DNA of 64,000 nucleotides, from positions 4,402,001 to 4,466,000 of the forward strand of contig OZ024753.1 of NCBI GenBank assembly GCA_964016885.1, in the 5' to 3' direction. This stretch comes from Eledone cirrhosa. Lineage: Eukaryota. Under the pieces are notes generated by a model. The model was not told where the DNA came from. It saw nothing but the letters and a program-made list of their open reading frames with translations, and searched no databases. Below, piece after piece: positions 32,632-47,186 of the stretch; positions within the stretch are counted from its first letter, which is position 1, and each line of letters opens with the position of its first letter. Both the position numbers and the translations under genes were made by a program.

Positions 32632-32715
32632 TGGTGTTTCACTAACGCACTTGCAGGACCATCAGGCAAGACAAGACTTGCCCGATGATCCTGCCAGTTA
32701 ATAAGTGAAACTCCA
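32632..32715. repeat. imperfect palindrome (~39-bp arms, 6-nt loop) of a degenerate hammerhead-like motif
   Basis: TGGTGTTTCACT...GCAGGACCATCAGGCAAG / CTTGCCCGATGATCCTGC...AGTGAAACTCCA. Confidence 0.7.
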
Positions 32716-32774
32716 ATATATATTTCCTTATCGTGTCGCGTTCATGTTGTTGTTCTGTCTACATTTTGCTTATA

Positions 32775-32810
<36 letters not shown>

Positions 32811-32880
32811 TATAATGATGGCTGTCCCCTCGTTATCGAGTATGGCCATTGCCCGAAAAGAATGAGATATATATATATAT

Positions 32881-33488
32881 ATGGTGGCTGCCAACTCGTT
32901 TTCGAGTACGGCCACTACTTTATATCCATGTAGGAGAACCCCTACTGATGAGCTGAACTAGTGTGACATTTTAGTCCAGCCAGCGACTTGAAAACTCTGG
33001 TACAAACACTACACTTGTGACAATTATTGACACATAGTGCTGGGCCGCTGTTACCATGTGACGCCAAGTGCAGAGAGATCTCCAGATATAAAGCAATGCC
33101 TGTGCCGTGGAGCTTTTATAGTGAGCAAAGGCACTGCACAAAGCCAGTCCCACTCTCTTAACCAAGATGATATTTACCAAAAAGAAGAAAAAGTCAACAT
33201 CATTGGATACCATCAGGGTTGCAGGTGCTATATCAGTTTTCCTTCTCCTAGAATTCTGCCTTGACAAAGGCTAAGGGGTCATCTCTCCCGGTGATTTTGG
33301 ATGGCTATTGACTCTTAAGAGCCCCTTTGCCTTTTGACAGGTTTTGTTTTTAATCCTGCAGGATGTCCAAAGCCACGCTCCTCACCAAGGATCGTTGGTG
33401 GGGTTGCCAGTTTAGTCGCCAACAACCCGACCATGAGACAGGTTGTACTGGGATACATGTTACCAGTAGCACCAACTGGTGACCTGAC
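32881..33488 (-). mobile_element. full-length RTE-derived non-autonomous retroelement, copy C
   Basis: Aligns with copies A and B; preceded at ~32815-32855 by a related 3'-end fragment (CTCG-TTAT-CGAG hairpin). Confidence 0.85.
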
Positions 33489-33515
33489 ACACATATATAC
33501 ATATATATATATATA

Positions 33516-33547
<32 letters not shown>

Positions 33548-34220
33548 ACACATACATACAGGCCTACATACATACATAATTTTAGCCATCTCTACTGAAT
33601 ATATCATATTTTTAGATATTTTGTATACACTTACTGACTATTCAAATCATAATACAATTTTCAACGCTGATACGTAGGTGGAACATAGCGTTAAAATCAC
33701 GAGTGTGCACAATGTAGTGCATATAATATTTTACTGGATACAAGACTTACTATCATTCAGTATTTGATGAAATATATATGACTAGATTAACATTTGTCTC
33801 TCATATACTAGTTCGATCACCCTTTCTCTCCCCTCGCACACATACATACACAATATATATATATATATATATGGCATTCTTGTGGTGTAGGAAACCCATT
33901 TGTATACTTAGAATAAATGCACCCTTGAAATGTGTGTGAGTTCGTGTGTACTCGACTGAATGTGAATTGTGTCTTATCTGTATCATTGTATTATTGTCTT
34001 GTGTATATATCTAAAATTATTTTTTTCAGAGATTCACTTTTCTTTAAAATTACTTAGTCAATGACCACCACCCATGTCTAAAATTACCACCTCCCCAACT
34101 ACCATAAAACATATAGACACTATAGTTTTTCATTCGTTTGAATGAAACAGTTCCAGTCCTGTTTAAGCAATATACTAGCTCCGTTTCCCTCTCACTACAC
34201 ACATATATATATATATATAC

Positions 34221-34830
34221 ATGGTGGCTGCCAACTCGTTTTCGAGTACGGCCACTACTTTATATCCATGTAGGAGAACCCCTACCGATGCGCTGAACGA
34301 ATGTGACCTTTTAGTCCAGCCAGCGACTTGAAAACTCTGGTACAAAGACTACACTTGTGACCATTATTGACACATAGTGCAGGGCCCATGGTACCATGTG
34401 ATGACAAGTGCAGAGAGATTTCCAGATATAAAGCAATGCCTGTGCTGTGAAGCTTTTATAGTGAGCAAAGGCACTGCACAAAGCCAGTCCCACTCTCTTA
34501 ACCAAGATGATATTTACCAAAAAGAAGAACAAGTCAACATCATTGGATACCATCAGGGTTGCAGGTGTTATATCAGAGTTTTCCTTCTCCTAGAATTCTG
34601 CCTTGACAAAGGCTAAGGGGTCATCTCTCCCGGTGATTTTGGATGGCTATTGAGTCTTAAGAGCTCCCTTGCCCTTTGACAGGTTTTGTTTTTAGTCCTG
34701 CAGGATGTCCAAAGTCACCCTCCTCACCAAGAAACCTTGGTGGGGTTGCCAGTTTAGTCTCCAACGACCCGACCATGAGACAGGTTGTACTGGGATACAT
34801 GTTAAGAGTAGCACCAACTGGTGACCTGAC
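34221..34830 (-). mobile_element. full-length RTE-derived non-autonomous retroelement, copy D
   Basis: Aligns with copies A-C; microsatellite on both flanks. Confidence 0.85.
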
Positions 34831-36053
34831 ATAATATATATATACATATATATATACATATACACATACATACGTACATACATACATATATGAATACATA
34901 CACACGTGTAATGTAAATTATTTCGCATATTAATGAACATGACATACAATATATAAACCCTGAAGTATACATTTGTTTCGTCATGAATTCGCAGTTCAAA
35001 TTCCAATGACGTCTATGTTGCATTTCCTTCTTTTATGGTTTATAATTGCTTCTAGTTTATTTCAAGACAGATCACAGGGGAATATTCTAGAACATTTATT
35101 ACCGTGTACGAAAGTTCATTGTAGTAATGTGAATACTTATTGTCTGGCATTTCTTGAAGCATGTAAATATATTACTGCAATAAATATCTAACTCCAATTC
35201 ACCATCTTGACAATAACTTCTAATATTTATTCAACACGACGAAATAATTGATTTCTGTAACTTCTAATGCAGAACTTACAATATATAGAATTGAAATCAT
35301 TAGCAGAGTTCAACGTTAGGGCTATAACTGTACATAAAACAATTAGAGTTTGCTGGAAATTTAACAATTTGGATATCTTATGCGAGATAAATATGTTCCC
35401 TGTGCTGATTTTTCAAACATTTCCGTCTTTCCAAGAAAGGTGACAGCTTTAAGGATTGGGTTAATATCATCAACGTATATGATCTGAACACCATGGACTA
35501 TAATGCCATACCATCCGAATACATGTGCAATACACGAAATTAAATGTTCAATTTAACTAAGATTCTAAACGTGTTTCTTTTTCTTTGTATTATATGTAGG
35601 TTGATAAGATGTGTATATCATTTATTGATGAACATGTTTTGAATTGTATTTATTATGATTTATTCTTTGCATTTTAACCAACTGTATTTAATATTTATTA
35701 TCTCAATGTTGCTGTTTATATTTTAATGTGTACTGGTAGTCCAAATATTTACTCGGTGCTCAAGTCTGACTACATGTTCAGATGAACATATATTTCTGAC
35801 AACATGAATATATGTTATTTATGTCTATATAAATAAGCTTACTCCAAGAGAGGAGGTAAAGTTGGGAGAGATACAGAGAAAGAAATATAGAGGTAGGGAT
35901 AGAGATGATGATGATGAGGATCACGGTCATTTTTTATCACAATGCTGCGTTTTAAATAATAGTTTTAGTGACGTAGAATGTATTCGACTTCGTGTATATT
36001 CAGTGTCATGTGTAGATGCTGTGCAGAGAAAAACAGAGATAGCTAGGAAGACA

Positions 36054-36056
<3 letters not shown>

Positions 36057-36105
<49 letters not shown>
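36057..36105. repeat. (AG)n microsatellite
   Basis: Directly visible. Confidence 0.95.
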
Positions 36106-36108
<3 letters not shown>

Positions 36109-36637
36109 AAATGAAAGCAAATTCAGTGAGTAATGTCATATTAAAAAAAGTTTGAGTATATTCTGGAATGCTAGGATAACGGCAACCCCCTCCAAGAAAC
36201 ACTGAATTCACACTTTTCAAACGGATAATGCAAAAGTGTACTGTCCAACAATTTTCTTTATGAGGTACTCTGATGAGAAAACACCATGTTATCACTCACA
36301 GAATGAAGGGATTTTATTGTAAACCTAGCTTGTTTTATGGAGAATGCTTAACCTTCACAATATGCTACAAAATATCAATTGAAAACCAGTACAAAAGAAA
36401 TGCAAACGCTGTAATTATTTACGTAGGAAGAGCACGTGTTCTCCTCCTATGAGAGACTTTTCCTGGGTAGCTTTTTTGTTAATATCTATCCATGTGTTGG
36501 ACTGATTAGAACCAGTTACAAAACATTAATATAGCCATCGTTCCATTTCTCATCAATGTTGTCCGGGGGGAGGGGACTCTCATGAATGGCGCCATCAGAT
36601 GAGCTGATAAAATCAGTGAAATCAGCATCAGCATTCA

Positions 36638-36752
36638 TAGTAGTATTAGTACTAGTATTAGTAATATTATTAGTAATAGTATTAGTAATATTATTAGTAT
36701 TAGTATTAGTAATAGTATTAGTAATAGTATTAGTAATAGTAGCAGTAGTAGT
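36638..36752. repeat. (AGTATT/AGTAAT) degenerate repeat
   Basis: Directly visible. Confidence 0.9.
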
Positions 36753-38144
36753 CAATATAAAACAAAAATGATCTGCTTATTTCTATAAAAAAATGTAATT
36801 ATTTGCGTAGTGTGTCTCCCTGCTAGTTATTGACACCGAGCATATCCATCTGATAAACTTTGAATGATTAATTAGCAGAATAGAAGAACAGAGAAACGTT
36901 TCCATGGGCAATGTTTTTGACACATTAATATCATATCTAAAAGTGCAAGAAAAACAAATATAAAATAATACATATCAAAGAAGTAATGCTTCCAGCTATT
37001 AGTTATTGATTTAACACTGCAAACTAGAACATAACTATATTGTGCATACATTGAGAGACGAGATACTAATGAGTGTTTACAGGGTACATTAAGTGAAATT
37101 TGACACTGAAACAAAACCTTAATTATATGATATTCATGTCATAAATTATATAGCATATTTTGCTTCTGTACTTTCTTATAACAACTGTCATTTCACAGCT
37201 TTGTTTAAATACAAAATGCCTAACAGTATTTGTTCCGTCTAATTATAGTGTTAGCTCAAATATCACAAATTAATTTCACCGTTCATTCATTGGGGGGGTC
37301 AAGAAAGAGAGTTCTATACAGGACAAGTCGACTGATCTGGCGGTAAATTTAAGAAATTGTTTGTGTTGTTTTTGCCTTCAGAATTCACATTCGATTGTGG
37401 CCTAATAATTTGTCATTCGGACTAACGTTGTCTCGGGTTAGCTGATTTCATTTAGGAGAATGCATTATGTTTCAAAGACTTCGGACATGATTTACCTTCC
37501 TCCGCCACGTATTACATATTAAATATAAAATGCAATCTCATCAAAAATTTATGAGTACACACTATGATTATATAGGTAAAGTATAAAGCACTTAACACCT
37601 CATGCAGTCATAGGAGCGTCGTCTTGGTACCCGGTCAGTGTCGAGTGTTTGAAAGCTGGCGAAGCCCATCGCTCTTCACGTCGGATCACAACGGATCCCT
37701 TCGATAGAAAGATCGGGAACGGGAGAGACTCGATTGTTGTAATGGATTATGTACAATATTTATCGACATGGAAAGTTTGACAGGAGAAATTGACTTCCAC
37801 GGCGTTCAATTCCAAGCGAAGTAAGCCGGATCAAATACTGAGGCATTTTTATACCGTCAAGCTAACGACGCTACCAATTGGCAGCCATTTTCCTCAAACT
37901 TTAATGTATGTATGTATAAAACTGTAGTCTTACTAGGCTGTCAAATTATGAAACTAGTAATGACTTCAGAACAGTTATGACATTAGAAAATACAGGGACA
38001 TATGTCAAACAATCATTACTGAATATGGAATTTAAAAAAAATAGAATTTTAAAAAAAATCATCTTCGATAGTCTAACGTGCAGTCTTCGGATGATATATC
38101 TAATGTAGCTAACAGGAAATTTCCAAAGTCCAAATATTATTATA

Positions 38145-38255
38145 TCTCGCCGCGGTTAACTTTGCCTTTCATCCATACGGGATCGGGGTCAATAAAATAA
38201 AGTACCAGTAACGCTCCGGGATAATTTCTGGCTTTGTGCCAAATGTAGAAACTAT
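38145..38255 (+). mobile_element. 5'-truncated tRNA-derived SINE
   Basis: TCTCGCCGCGGTTAACTTTGCCTTTCATCC...ATAAAATAAAGTACCAG...TTGTGCCAAATGTAGAAAC. Confidence 0.8.
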
Positions 38256-40660
38256 TATTATAGAAGTAACGAAAAAAGAAATAACGTATCAAGGATGTCA
38301 CTTTTGAATATATATAATCAACTGGCATAGGTATTATTTCTCACAGCATATGAAATCTATCATATCATGCAATGTGAATTCCTAATGGAGTAGTAGAGGC
38401 TATTTCGATATTTGAGGCACTGAGCTGCTCGTTTATTTCCTCGATGTCAAAAAGCAAAAGTTTAACTAGATTGCATTTGAACTCAGATCGCAAAGATATT
38501 GAATGAGTAATGCAAATATTCAATTCACCACCTACAACAAATAGAAGGTGCAGCAAGCTATCAGTGACAAATTACATATTAGAACGTCAATTTTCAAATG
38601 TATTGGAACGTCAGTATCATTATACATAAATCACTGCATAAAATCTCCACATGATTTCATTAAACTGTACATGTATCAAGGCATTTTGTACTTACATGAC
38701 ACTTACGAAATCAGATTTGCGCTGGTAGTATTAGCTATATTCTACTTAAACCATAATTTGCAATCTCAGAAAGCGAAAGATGGATGTGAATAATGCCTGG
38801 AGATACAAAGAATGGGTACTATTTCTTCGAAGATCTATTTGATGTGGGTTGCACAGAAATAGACACACTTTAGGTTACTACCTCTAAAGGTAATATGCAG
38901 TAAAAAAAAACTTTTAAAACACAGACATGAACACACACCAACACACAGCATACGCAAACAGATTATATATAGATATGAGTCCTGGGTTCAATCGGGGTAT
39001 GTTCATTTGGGTAAAAAGTAAAAGTGGAAAATCAAATGGATATATTTTAAAATTATTTTCTTTAATCCGACAAAATGAATATTTGCTCCTAGTCAGATAA
39101 GAAATTAAAATTCCCCAGTAATATACCTAAACAGAATTTATTCATCTTTTTTGTCGGATTTCATACAATATGTAGAATGTTATCATTTCCCCATCATTTC
39201 ATTCACATAACATTTTCATATTTTTCTGACAATAATTAGAAATTACTGATCACTAAATCTGATATACATGTTTGTTGTTATACGAATTAGTGTCTAGAAT
39301 CTTCCACGTCCCTATTCAAGTTCACAGAAAATCAGGACTCAAAATTTGCGCAAGATGTATGAAAACATTTCTCACGTTAAAATGTAGACAGAGAGATTCA
39401 AAACGAGAAGAGGGATTCAGACACTGTACTTCTACTGGCCATTTAATTATTAACGCTGGGATTATACAAGGCACAGTGCACCGTGTAGAGATCCAGTACA
39501 AACACTGCATGACATTCTATTCAATCTCTCAGCGTCTTTTATTACGTGATACTCAATTTGTAATGCATTGATTATGTTTTACTACTTTAGCATTGTCTCT
39601 TATCAAGCAACATTGAAATAACGAGATGTTACTCAAATCACATAAATAATTAGTCAAATGACGTTCAATGCATAGTTAAGATGCTTCTTTAAATTTCTAG
39701 GGTTTCGCTTATAATTACAAAATTAATTAATTGCTGACAGAAATTAAACGCGTATAATGTAACAAATAATTAAAGGGGAAATAATTGCAAAAGCTGATAT
39801 TTCTGTGAAAGAAGATAAATATCAGGTGGAATGTAGCCATATGAGATTAATAATGATCCTCGGGTGTTTTAAACATTATCATTCTTTTATGATTCGATGT
39901 TATTGATTATTAGATAAATATTTATGTACATAATCTTCGTTTTTTTTTCGCTCTTTGCCAGGGAACGTTTCCACGAACCAAAGTATCGTCTTTCTGTCTT
40001 CCTTCGTTCATACGTTTTTTTGAAATATTTACTTCTGCGTTCACAGAATGACTAATTTAGTTTCAGAAGATCCCGATAAGGGTGAAGGCATCGATTATTT
40101 GCTTAAACTTTAATCTGTTATTTTAATAAATATATATATACACATTCTAACTAACCACTTGTAACTAACTCGTCACATGGACTGAGTGCTCTACCACTAC
40201 GATTATTACCTTCCAGTGTTCTACCACTATGTATATATATATATGTTATATAATATATATAATGTTATATAACGATAAATTAACGGAGGCATGGGCCCTC
40301 GCTATTCCCCTGTAAATAATGTGCTCAAAGGAGAAGAGATCCCGAGCTCTTTAAAATACAATATGTTGAAAAGGTAACACACCAGAAAGAGAAATACAGT
40401 GCGTTATCAATAATACAGGGAAAGAAACCACCAGTGTATGGAATCTATAAACTGTGATAGGCAGACTATAGACACGATAATAAAAAATATAAATTAAAGC
40501 GTAAATAAATATTTCTATAACTATATAACACACATACAAATCCAAAGGTATGTTTCACCAATAATTTGTTGAAAGAAAAAGGATAGTCTCGGTTCATCAG
40601 CGTGTGTAAGGCTATACATTTAAGACAACACTAAGAGAATTTTAAAATATATAATATTTG

Positions 40661-41742
40661 TATAATATATATATATATATATAAAATATATATATATATA
40701 AAATATATATATATAAAATATATATATATATATATATATAAAATATATATATATATAAAATATATATAAAATATATATATATATATAAAATATATATATA
40801 TATATAAAATATATATATATATATAAAATATATATATATATATAAAATATATATATATATATAAAATATATATATATATATAAAATATATATATATATAT
40901 AAAATATATATATATATATAAAATATATATATATATAAAATATATATATATATATAAAATATATATATATATAAAATATATATATATATATAAAATATAT
41001 ATATATATATAAAATATATATATATATAAAATATATATATATATAAAATATATATATATATAAAATATATATATATATATAAAATATATATATATATATA
41101 AAATATATATATATATAAAATATATATATATATAAAATATATATATATATAAAATATATATATATATATAAAATATATATATATATATAAAATATATATA
41201 TATATATAAAATATATATATATATATAAAATATATATATATATATAAAATATATATATATATATAAAATATATATATATATATAAAATATATATATATAT
41301 ATAAAATATATATATATATATAAAATATATATATATATAAAATATATATATATATAAAATATATATATATATATAAAATATATATATATATATAAAATAT
41401 ATATATATATAAAATATATATATATATAAAATATATATATATATAAAATATATATATATATAAAATATATATATATATAAAATATATATATATATAAAAT
41501 ATATATATATATATAAAATATATATATATATATAAAATATATATATATATATAAAATATATATATATATATAAAATATATATATATATATAAAATATATA
41601 TATATATATAAAATATATATATATATATAAAATATATATATATATATAAAATATATATATATATATAAAATATATATATATATATAAAATATATATATAT
41701 ATATAAAATATATATATATATATAAAATATATATATATATAT

Positions 41743-41791
<49 letters not shown>

Positions 41792-41859
41792 TATATATAT
41801 ATAAAATATATATATATATATAAAATATATATATATATATAAAATATATATATATATAT

Positions 41860-41908
<49 letters not shown>

Positions 41909-41957
41909 TATATATATATAAAATATATATATATATATAAAATATATATATATATAT

Positions 41958-42002
<45 letters not shown>

Positions 42003-42265
42003 TATATATATATATATAAAATATATATATATATATAAAATATATATATATATATATAAAATATATATATATATATAAAATATATATATATATATAAAAT
42101 ATATATATATATATATATAAAATATATATATATATATAAAATATATATATATATAATATATATATATATATAAAATATATATATATATATAAAATATATA
42201 TATATATATAAAATATATATATATATATAAAATATATATATATATATATATAAAATATATATAAA

Positions 42266-42297
<32 letters not shown>

Positions 42298-42538
42298 TAT
42301 ATATATATATATAAAATATATATATATATATAAAATATATATATATATATAAAATATATATATATATATAAAATATATATATATATATAATATATATATA
42401 TATATATAAAATATATATATATATATATATAAAATATATATATATATAAAATATATATATATATAAAATATATATATATATAAAATATATATATATATAT
42501 ATATAAAATATATATATATATAAAATATATATATATAT

Positions 42539-42610
<72 letters not shown>

Positions 42611-42612
42611 TA
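40661..42612. repeat. ~1.95-kb A/T-only array, unit ~12-14 bp [AAA(AT)n]
   Basis: No G or C seen between 40661 and 42612; (TA)n runs are interrupted by AAAA. Confidence 0.95.
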
Positions 42613-42910
42613 CTATATTATATTTAGAGATTAAACTCTTAGTCGTTTACAATTAATCAGCTCAAAGAAAGAGGCATTTCTGAGCAGAGAAATACAAGTT
42701 ATATATTAATATATATGATAAACACAGAACGTGTTTGTATTGTAACAGACAAAGTTAGCTAGCAATGAAATAAACTAATTAAAGTGAATACAATTTGTCT
42801 GGCTCGATATAAGTCAATAAAGACAAGCTTATATTGGCAAAAGCCGTGATTCCTGGACAAATTTAAATTTCAAAATCCAAACCCGCTCCGTAGATGAATT
42901 TGAACTTCGA

Positions 42911-43122
42911 AGGGGGTCATCTCCCCTGGTGATTTTGGATGGCCATTGACTCTTAAGAGCTTCTTTTACCTTTGACAGGTTTTGTTTTTAGTCATGCAGG
43001 ATGTCCAAAGTCACCCTCCTCACCAAGAAACCTTGGTGGGGTTGCCAGTTTAGTAGCCAACGACCCGACCATGGGACAGGTTGTACTGGAATACATGTTA
43101 TCAGTAGAACCAACTGGTGACC
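42911..43122 (-). mobile_element. 5' third of the RTE-derived retroelement (3' part missing), copy E
   Basis: Matches 18116-18325 of copy B, including the GGTCACC start and the CCATGGGACAGG variant. Confidence 0.85.
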
Positions 43123-43135
43123 ACACACACAAAAA

Positions 43136-43457
43136 CAAGATGGCGTAGCGCAGAACAAAGGAGAGTCACAAAAAACAAAGAAAAAGAATCCCCAGTCACT
43201 GAAGAGGCCACAGAATGTGTGACGAAAGAACTTTGACAATATATAAACAACCATCTGGTTGTGGAACCAACCAACCAACCAACCGGAAATTTATAAATTC
43301 CTAAATTTTTAAACTTTTTATAATAAATTGATGTGAAACCATCTGGTGCGTGTGTTTCTTATTGGCACCATGACCCTCCCAAAGTATAACAATATAACAA
43401 TATCGGTTTCAACACACGTTTTCAGATAAAGAATCTTGCTAAACAAATTCAGAAACG

Positions 43458-43460
<3 letters not shown>
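43136..43460 (+). mobile_element. hammerhead-containing Penelope pseudo-LTR-like repeat (homolog of 10485-10780)
   Basis: GTCA-CTGAAGA-GGCCAC..GTGTGAC-GAAAG-AA-CTT-TGAC at 43195-43237; ends in (TA)n. Confidence 0.75.
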
Positions 43461-43515
<55 letters not shown>

Positions 43516-44218
43516 CATATATACATAGAGAGAAACAGAGAGAGAGAGAGAGACTAAGATATTCCTCTGTTGGAATTAATGGTATTTGGCTTGCATATGA
43601 TTTATTGAAATATGACTTGTTGGTGTTACATAATGAATAAAAAGATTTATAGTTTTGAAACAAAAAAAAAATCAAAAATATCATTGATGGTGAATGTTAG
43701 TTCCTTAGAAATAGATATATCTTTCATTCGTTGTGGAGTTTAGCTGTTAAACTGTCTTTCCTTCCTCCACATCTCATAAATAAAAGGCAACGATGGAAAC
43801 ATGAACGAGAAGGAGAAGTCATTCGCTGTCATATTTGCTTTGATACAAGGCAAACATACAATATAAAAGATATATGTAACGTTGTATGCAATACATTAAC
43901 TCAACACTGTTTGAGTTATGACGCGAGTACTATTCCAAATATCAGCAGAAATATATTGAAGACATGGAAGACTCATGAGCCCAGGAGACCTTTTAATATA
44001 ATTATAGTAAATGATTATTTTCGTCATTTATATTATTTATTGCATGATAAATCAGACAACATTATGATAAACTGTTTCATCATTTGTAGCTCAATTTGGA
44101 CGGGGATATTTAATACTCATATAATATATCAACAAAATTATAACAATCCCCTCTAATAATCATTAAACTAATTTAAGTATATATTCATTATTTCTCTAAT
44201 AATTACTCTAATAATAAA

Positions 44219-44406
44219 GGGCGTTGGATTGGCAGTATCGGTAGAGGGCCGGACGCCATGCTTTCCAGCATAGTTACGTCACTTTACGATCTGAGTAAAA
44301 TCCCGCCGAGTTTGACTTTGCCTTTCATCCTTACGGGATCGATAAAATAAGGTACCAGTAATGCACTGTGTAATTGCTGGCCTTGTGCCTAAAGCAGAAC
44401 AAATTA
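44219..44406 (+). mobile_element. full-length tRNA-derived SINE
   Basis: End-to-end match with the 11193 copy; the B-box is damaged (GAGTAAAATCCC). Confidence 0.9.
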
Positions 44407-46703
44407 TTTCTCTAATAATTGAATTCAACATTTAATGAATGCCAAGCTATTGGCTGTCAATCTACTATATGGTCGTATTTAGCCATTTGAATGTACTATA
44501 TATATATGCCATGTACGGCAACACTCATCTTTTTCCATTTCTCCGAGGGTTATAAACCCCACTATCAGGCTAGAAATTTCTTTAGTCTAAAATACGGTGA
44601 AAGCTTATAATTTCTAATTTCTAATTTCAAACTCGCGCACCGTTTCAAAAAACATACTTACATGTTTACATTTATAATATATATATATTAGTTTAACCCT
44701 TGAAATAGCAAGAAGAGAGTCGTAACGTTTCATACACTAGGCCTTCATCTGAAGATAGAGTAAGAAATAGAAGATAAATATAAAATAAAGAGTGATACAA
44801 GGAATGAACGAAGAGTGGGTGGTCAAAATGTCAGTGGAAAGAAGAGGCGAAATCACACGCTTAAACCTTTTTGTAGCTTAGTCAGAACAAAAGTAAAAGT
44901 GGATGAATTATTGACTAAGAGGGCAGTGGTAAGAACATGAAAATAATTTAGGGGATGGATTGTAGTTGTATACATAATTTATATCAAAGTATTGTTCAGC
45001 AATAGGCAATGTGTGAAGGTTCGCCAAGAGGCAACCAAGGAACACGTGCTTGTGACAAGATTCCTTGAAGCGTGTGACTATTCCGTTGTTCTCCATAACT
45101 ATTCACATTGTATATGTATATCAACTAACGTTGTCTCTCTGATCCCAAATATATAAAATATGTATGGAAAATAAATCATTCATAATATAATTTCTATGAA
45201 TATCCACTATAAATTGAATGTATATTTAAGTATTTTCCTAATTATTTGCTATAGAACTATACGCCTGCTAATGATGTATAATGCATTCTATAGTACCATC
45301 TATGATTTTCGTTTTTTTCTGAAGATTAGAAGTTTTTTAGATAAGGCATTTCGCTAATTTATTATTATGTCTTGATTTATTAATGAAATAATATTTTACC
45401 TGAGGGTATATTTCTAAGAAATGCAGTTCTCATTTGGTATACTAAAGTCATGTTTAAGTTTGTTTCGTCTCCAGATATCAATACCACATAATTGGCTAAA
45501 TGTTCTACTACAGCAACCTCTTATGTATATATACATACAAAATATGTATAAATGTTTCTATATGTTTCCCTGACTCTCAGAATTCTTATATATATATATA
45601 GTTTATGGGTTGTATGCATATGCGTGGATGTGTCAGTGTGATTTCTATAAGTGGAGGATTGAAGTCTATATGACACTAAAGCTTATACATCACAAAAGAA
45701 ACATCACTATGACATTTTATACATAAACACATAAAAGAAGATGCATCTACTTTATGTGTTAGATAAATATATGCGAATATATATTAATCTATATAGATAT
45801 CTATATATCTAAACGTGTCTACTCTGCCCATTGCACACACAACCCAACCTTTTTTTTGTGTTGTTTCTAATTATCATTCTCTGATTCTTTTATTATTAAC
45901 TCTAATGCCAAATGTATCTGTTTGTTGTGATGTATAACTCTTCTGTTCTGCTTTTCTCTGTGTCTATGTTGCCGTTCCTCTTGCGCACTCTCTAAATGCC
46001 AAATATATCACGTTATCATAATAAATATACTAGCAGTAATTAATCAGATCATACATATAAATCAAACAGATACTTACATATATGCACAAACACAGGACAA
46101 AAGCCCAAATGAAGAGAAACAAACATCAATACATAGACTACCCTAACCCTAATTATACTACGCCCCCCAATACCTAAACCTAATCAAAGACAACACGTAA
46201 TTGAATAACATAACTCTGACACTATATATAAACCTAGTACAGAAACTAATCCTAAACAAAGCGCAACCTGAAATCACGTGTAACGCTAATACTAACGCTA
46301 CCTCAAACTACTTACGCTGACATTAAGGCTAAACCTAAAATTAACCAAGTTGGGCCTGTATATGTAAGGTTTTGTGTCAGAATGTGCGTCTCAAAAAACC
46401 TACTTCATCTCATGTAATTGACGGTAAATATTGTGAATCACATAAAATGTGAGATCCTGAGCAAGATGATATTAAATGGCTAATCTATATTACATCTAAT
46501 TGCAATGTTTGCAGGTCTATGAATATAGCATGTCTTTCAAATATACAATATGACCTTTCATGGATGATAAATATATTTATATATAAACTATATGTTTTGA
46601 TAAAACAAATATTACTTGGATCATCAAAAATACAAAAATTTAAAGGAATTTTAATTGGAATTAATTCAGCTATTTATCTCAATCGTCGATGCTACAGCTT
46701 TTC

Positions 46704-46958
46704 ACGTCATTCTGATCGCAGAGATATATGACGCTGATTTAATAAATTATTTCTAAATTTTGTAGCAGCTTTGCTGACGTAAAATTCAGAAAATACAAAA
46801 TATGCTTCCATATTTCAAATGCGGCAGTTGGTTTCGTAACGACGTCTTGGCTGTTGTGTTAAAGAGGTCCTGATACTACATACAATTTCATTCTTTAAAA
46901 TTACGATAGCCAATGTCGCAAGTTGATATGTCGTGACGTCATAGAAGATACAACGTCA
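46704..46958 (+). promoter_or_regulatory. CRE cluster upstream of the TSSK-like gene
   Basis: Perfect palindromic TGACGTCA at 46934-46941; TGACG/CGTCA half sites at ~46705, 46729, 46775 and 46954 in otherwise CpG-poor DNA. Function is inferred. Confidence 0.55.
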
Positions 46959-47186
46959 ACTGATTTCATGTAATGCAATAATCAAAAGAGCTTTTTTGGC
47001 GTGTTCGTCAACAGTGGAGTATAATCCAGTTTCTAAGTTAAAGTGGAATATACTCACACAATACTACAAAACAGAGGTCAAACATGACATTATATGTGTA
47101 AAAATATGCACCCATGAAATTCAACGTGTCCCTAAACCGTTTATTAACCTTTCGTATACAGCCTTTACGGTGTATAATAACTGAGA

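Noticed and set aside
36516-36755. ORF with Thr/Asn repeat and 'SPLPPDNIDEKWND'
   Set aside because: Mostly simple repeat; the short unique part might be a LINE scrap but is too short to call.
43731-44156. 141-aa ORF
   Set aside because: TTG start, AT-rich low-information peptide, no recognisable motifs.
46138-46350. Interstitial telomeric repeat
   Set aside because: Only about two CCCTAA units plus scattered degenerate TAACNC hexamers; too weak.
46996-47184. Upstream ORF ending 2 nt before the TSSK ATG
   Set aside because: Begins at TTG rather than ATG, has no recognisable protein features, and is expected by chance.
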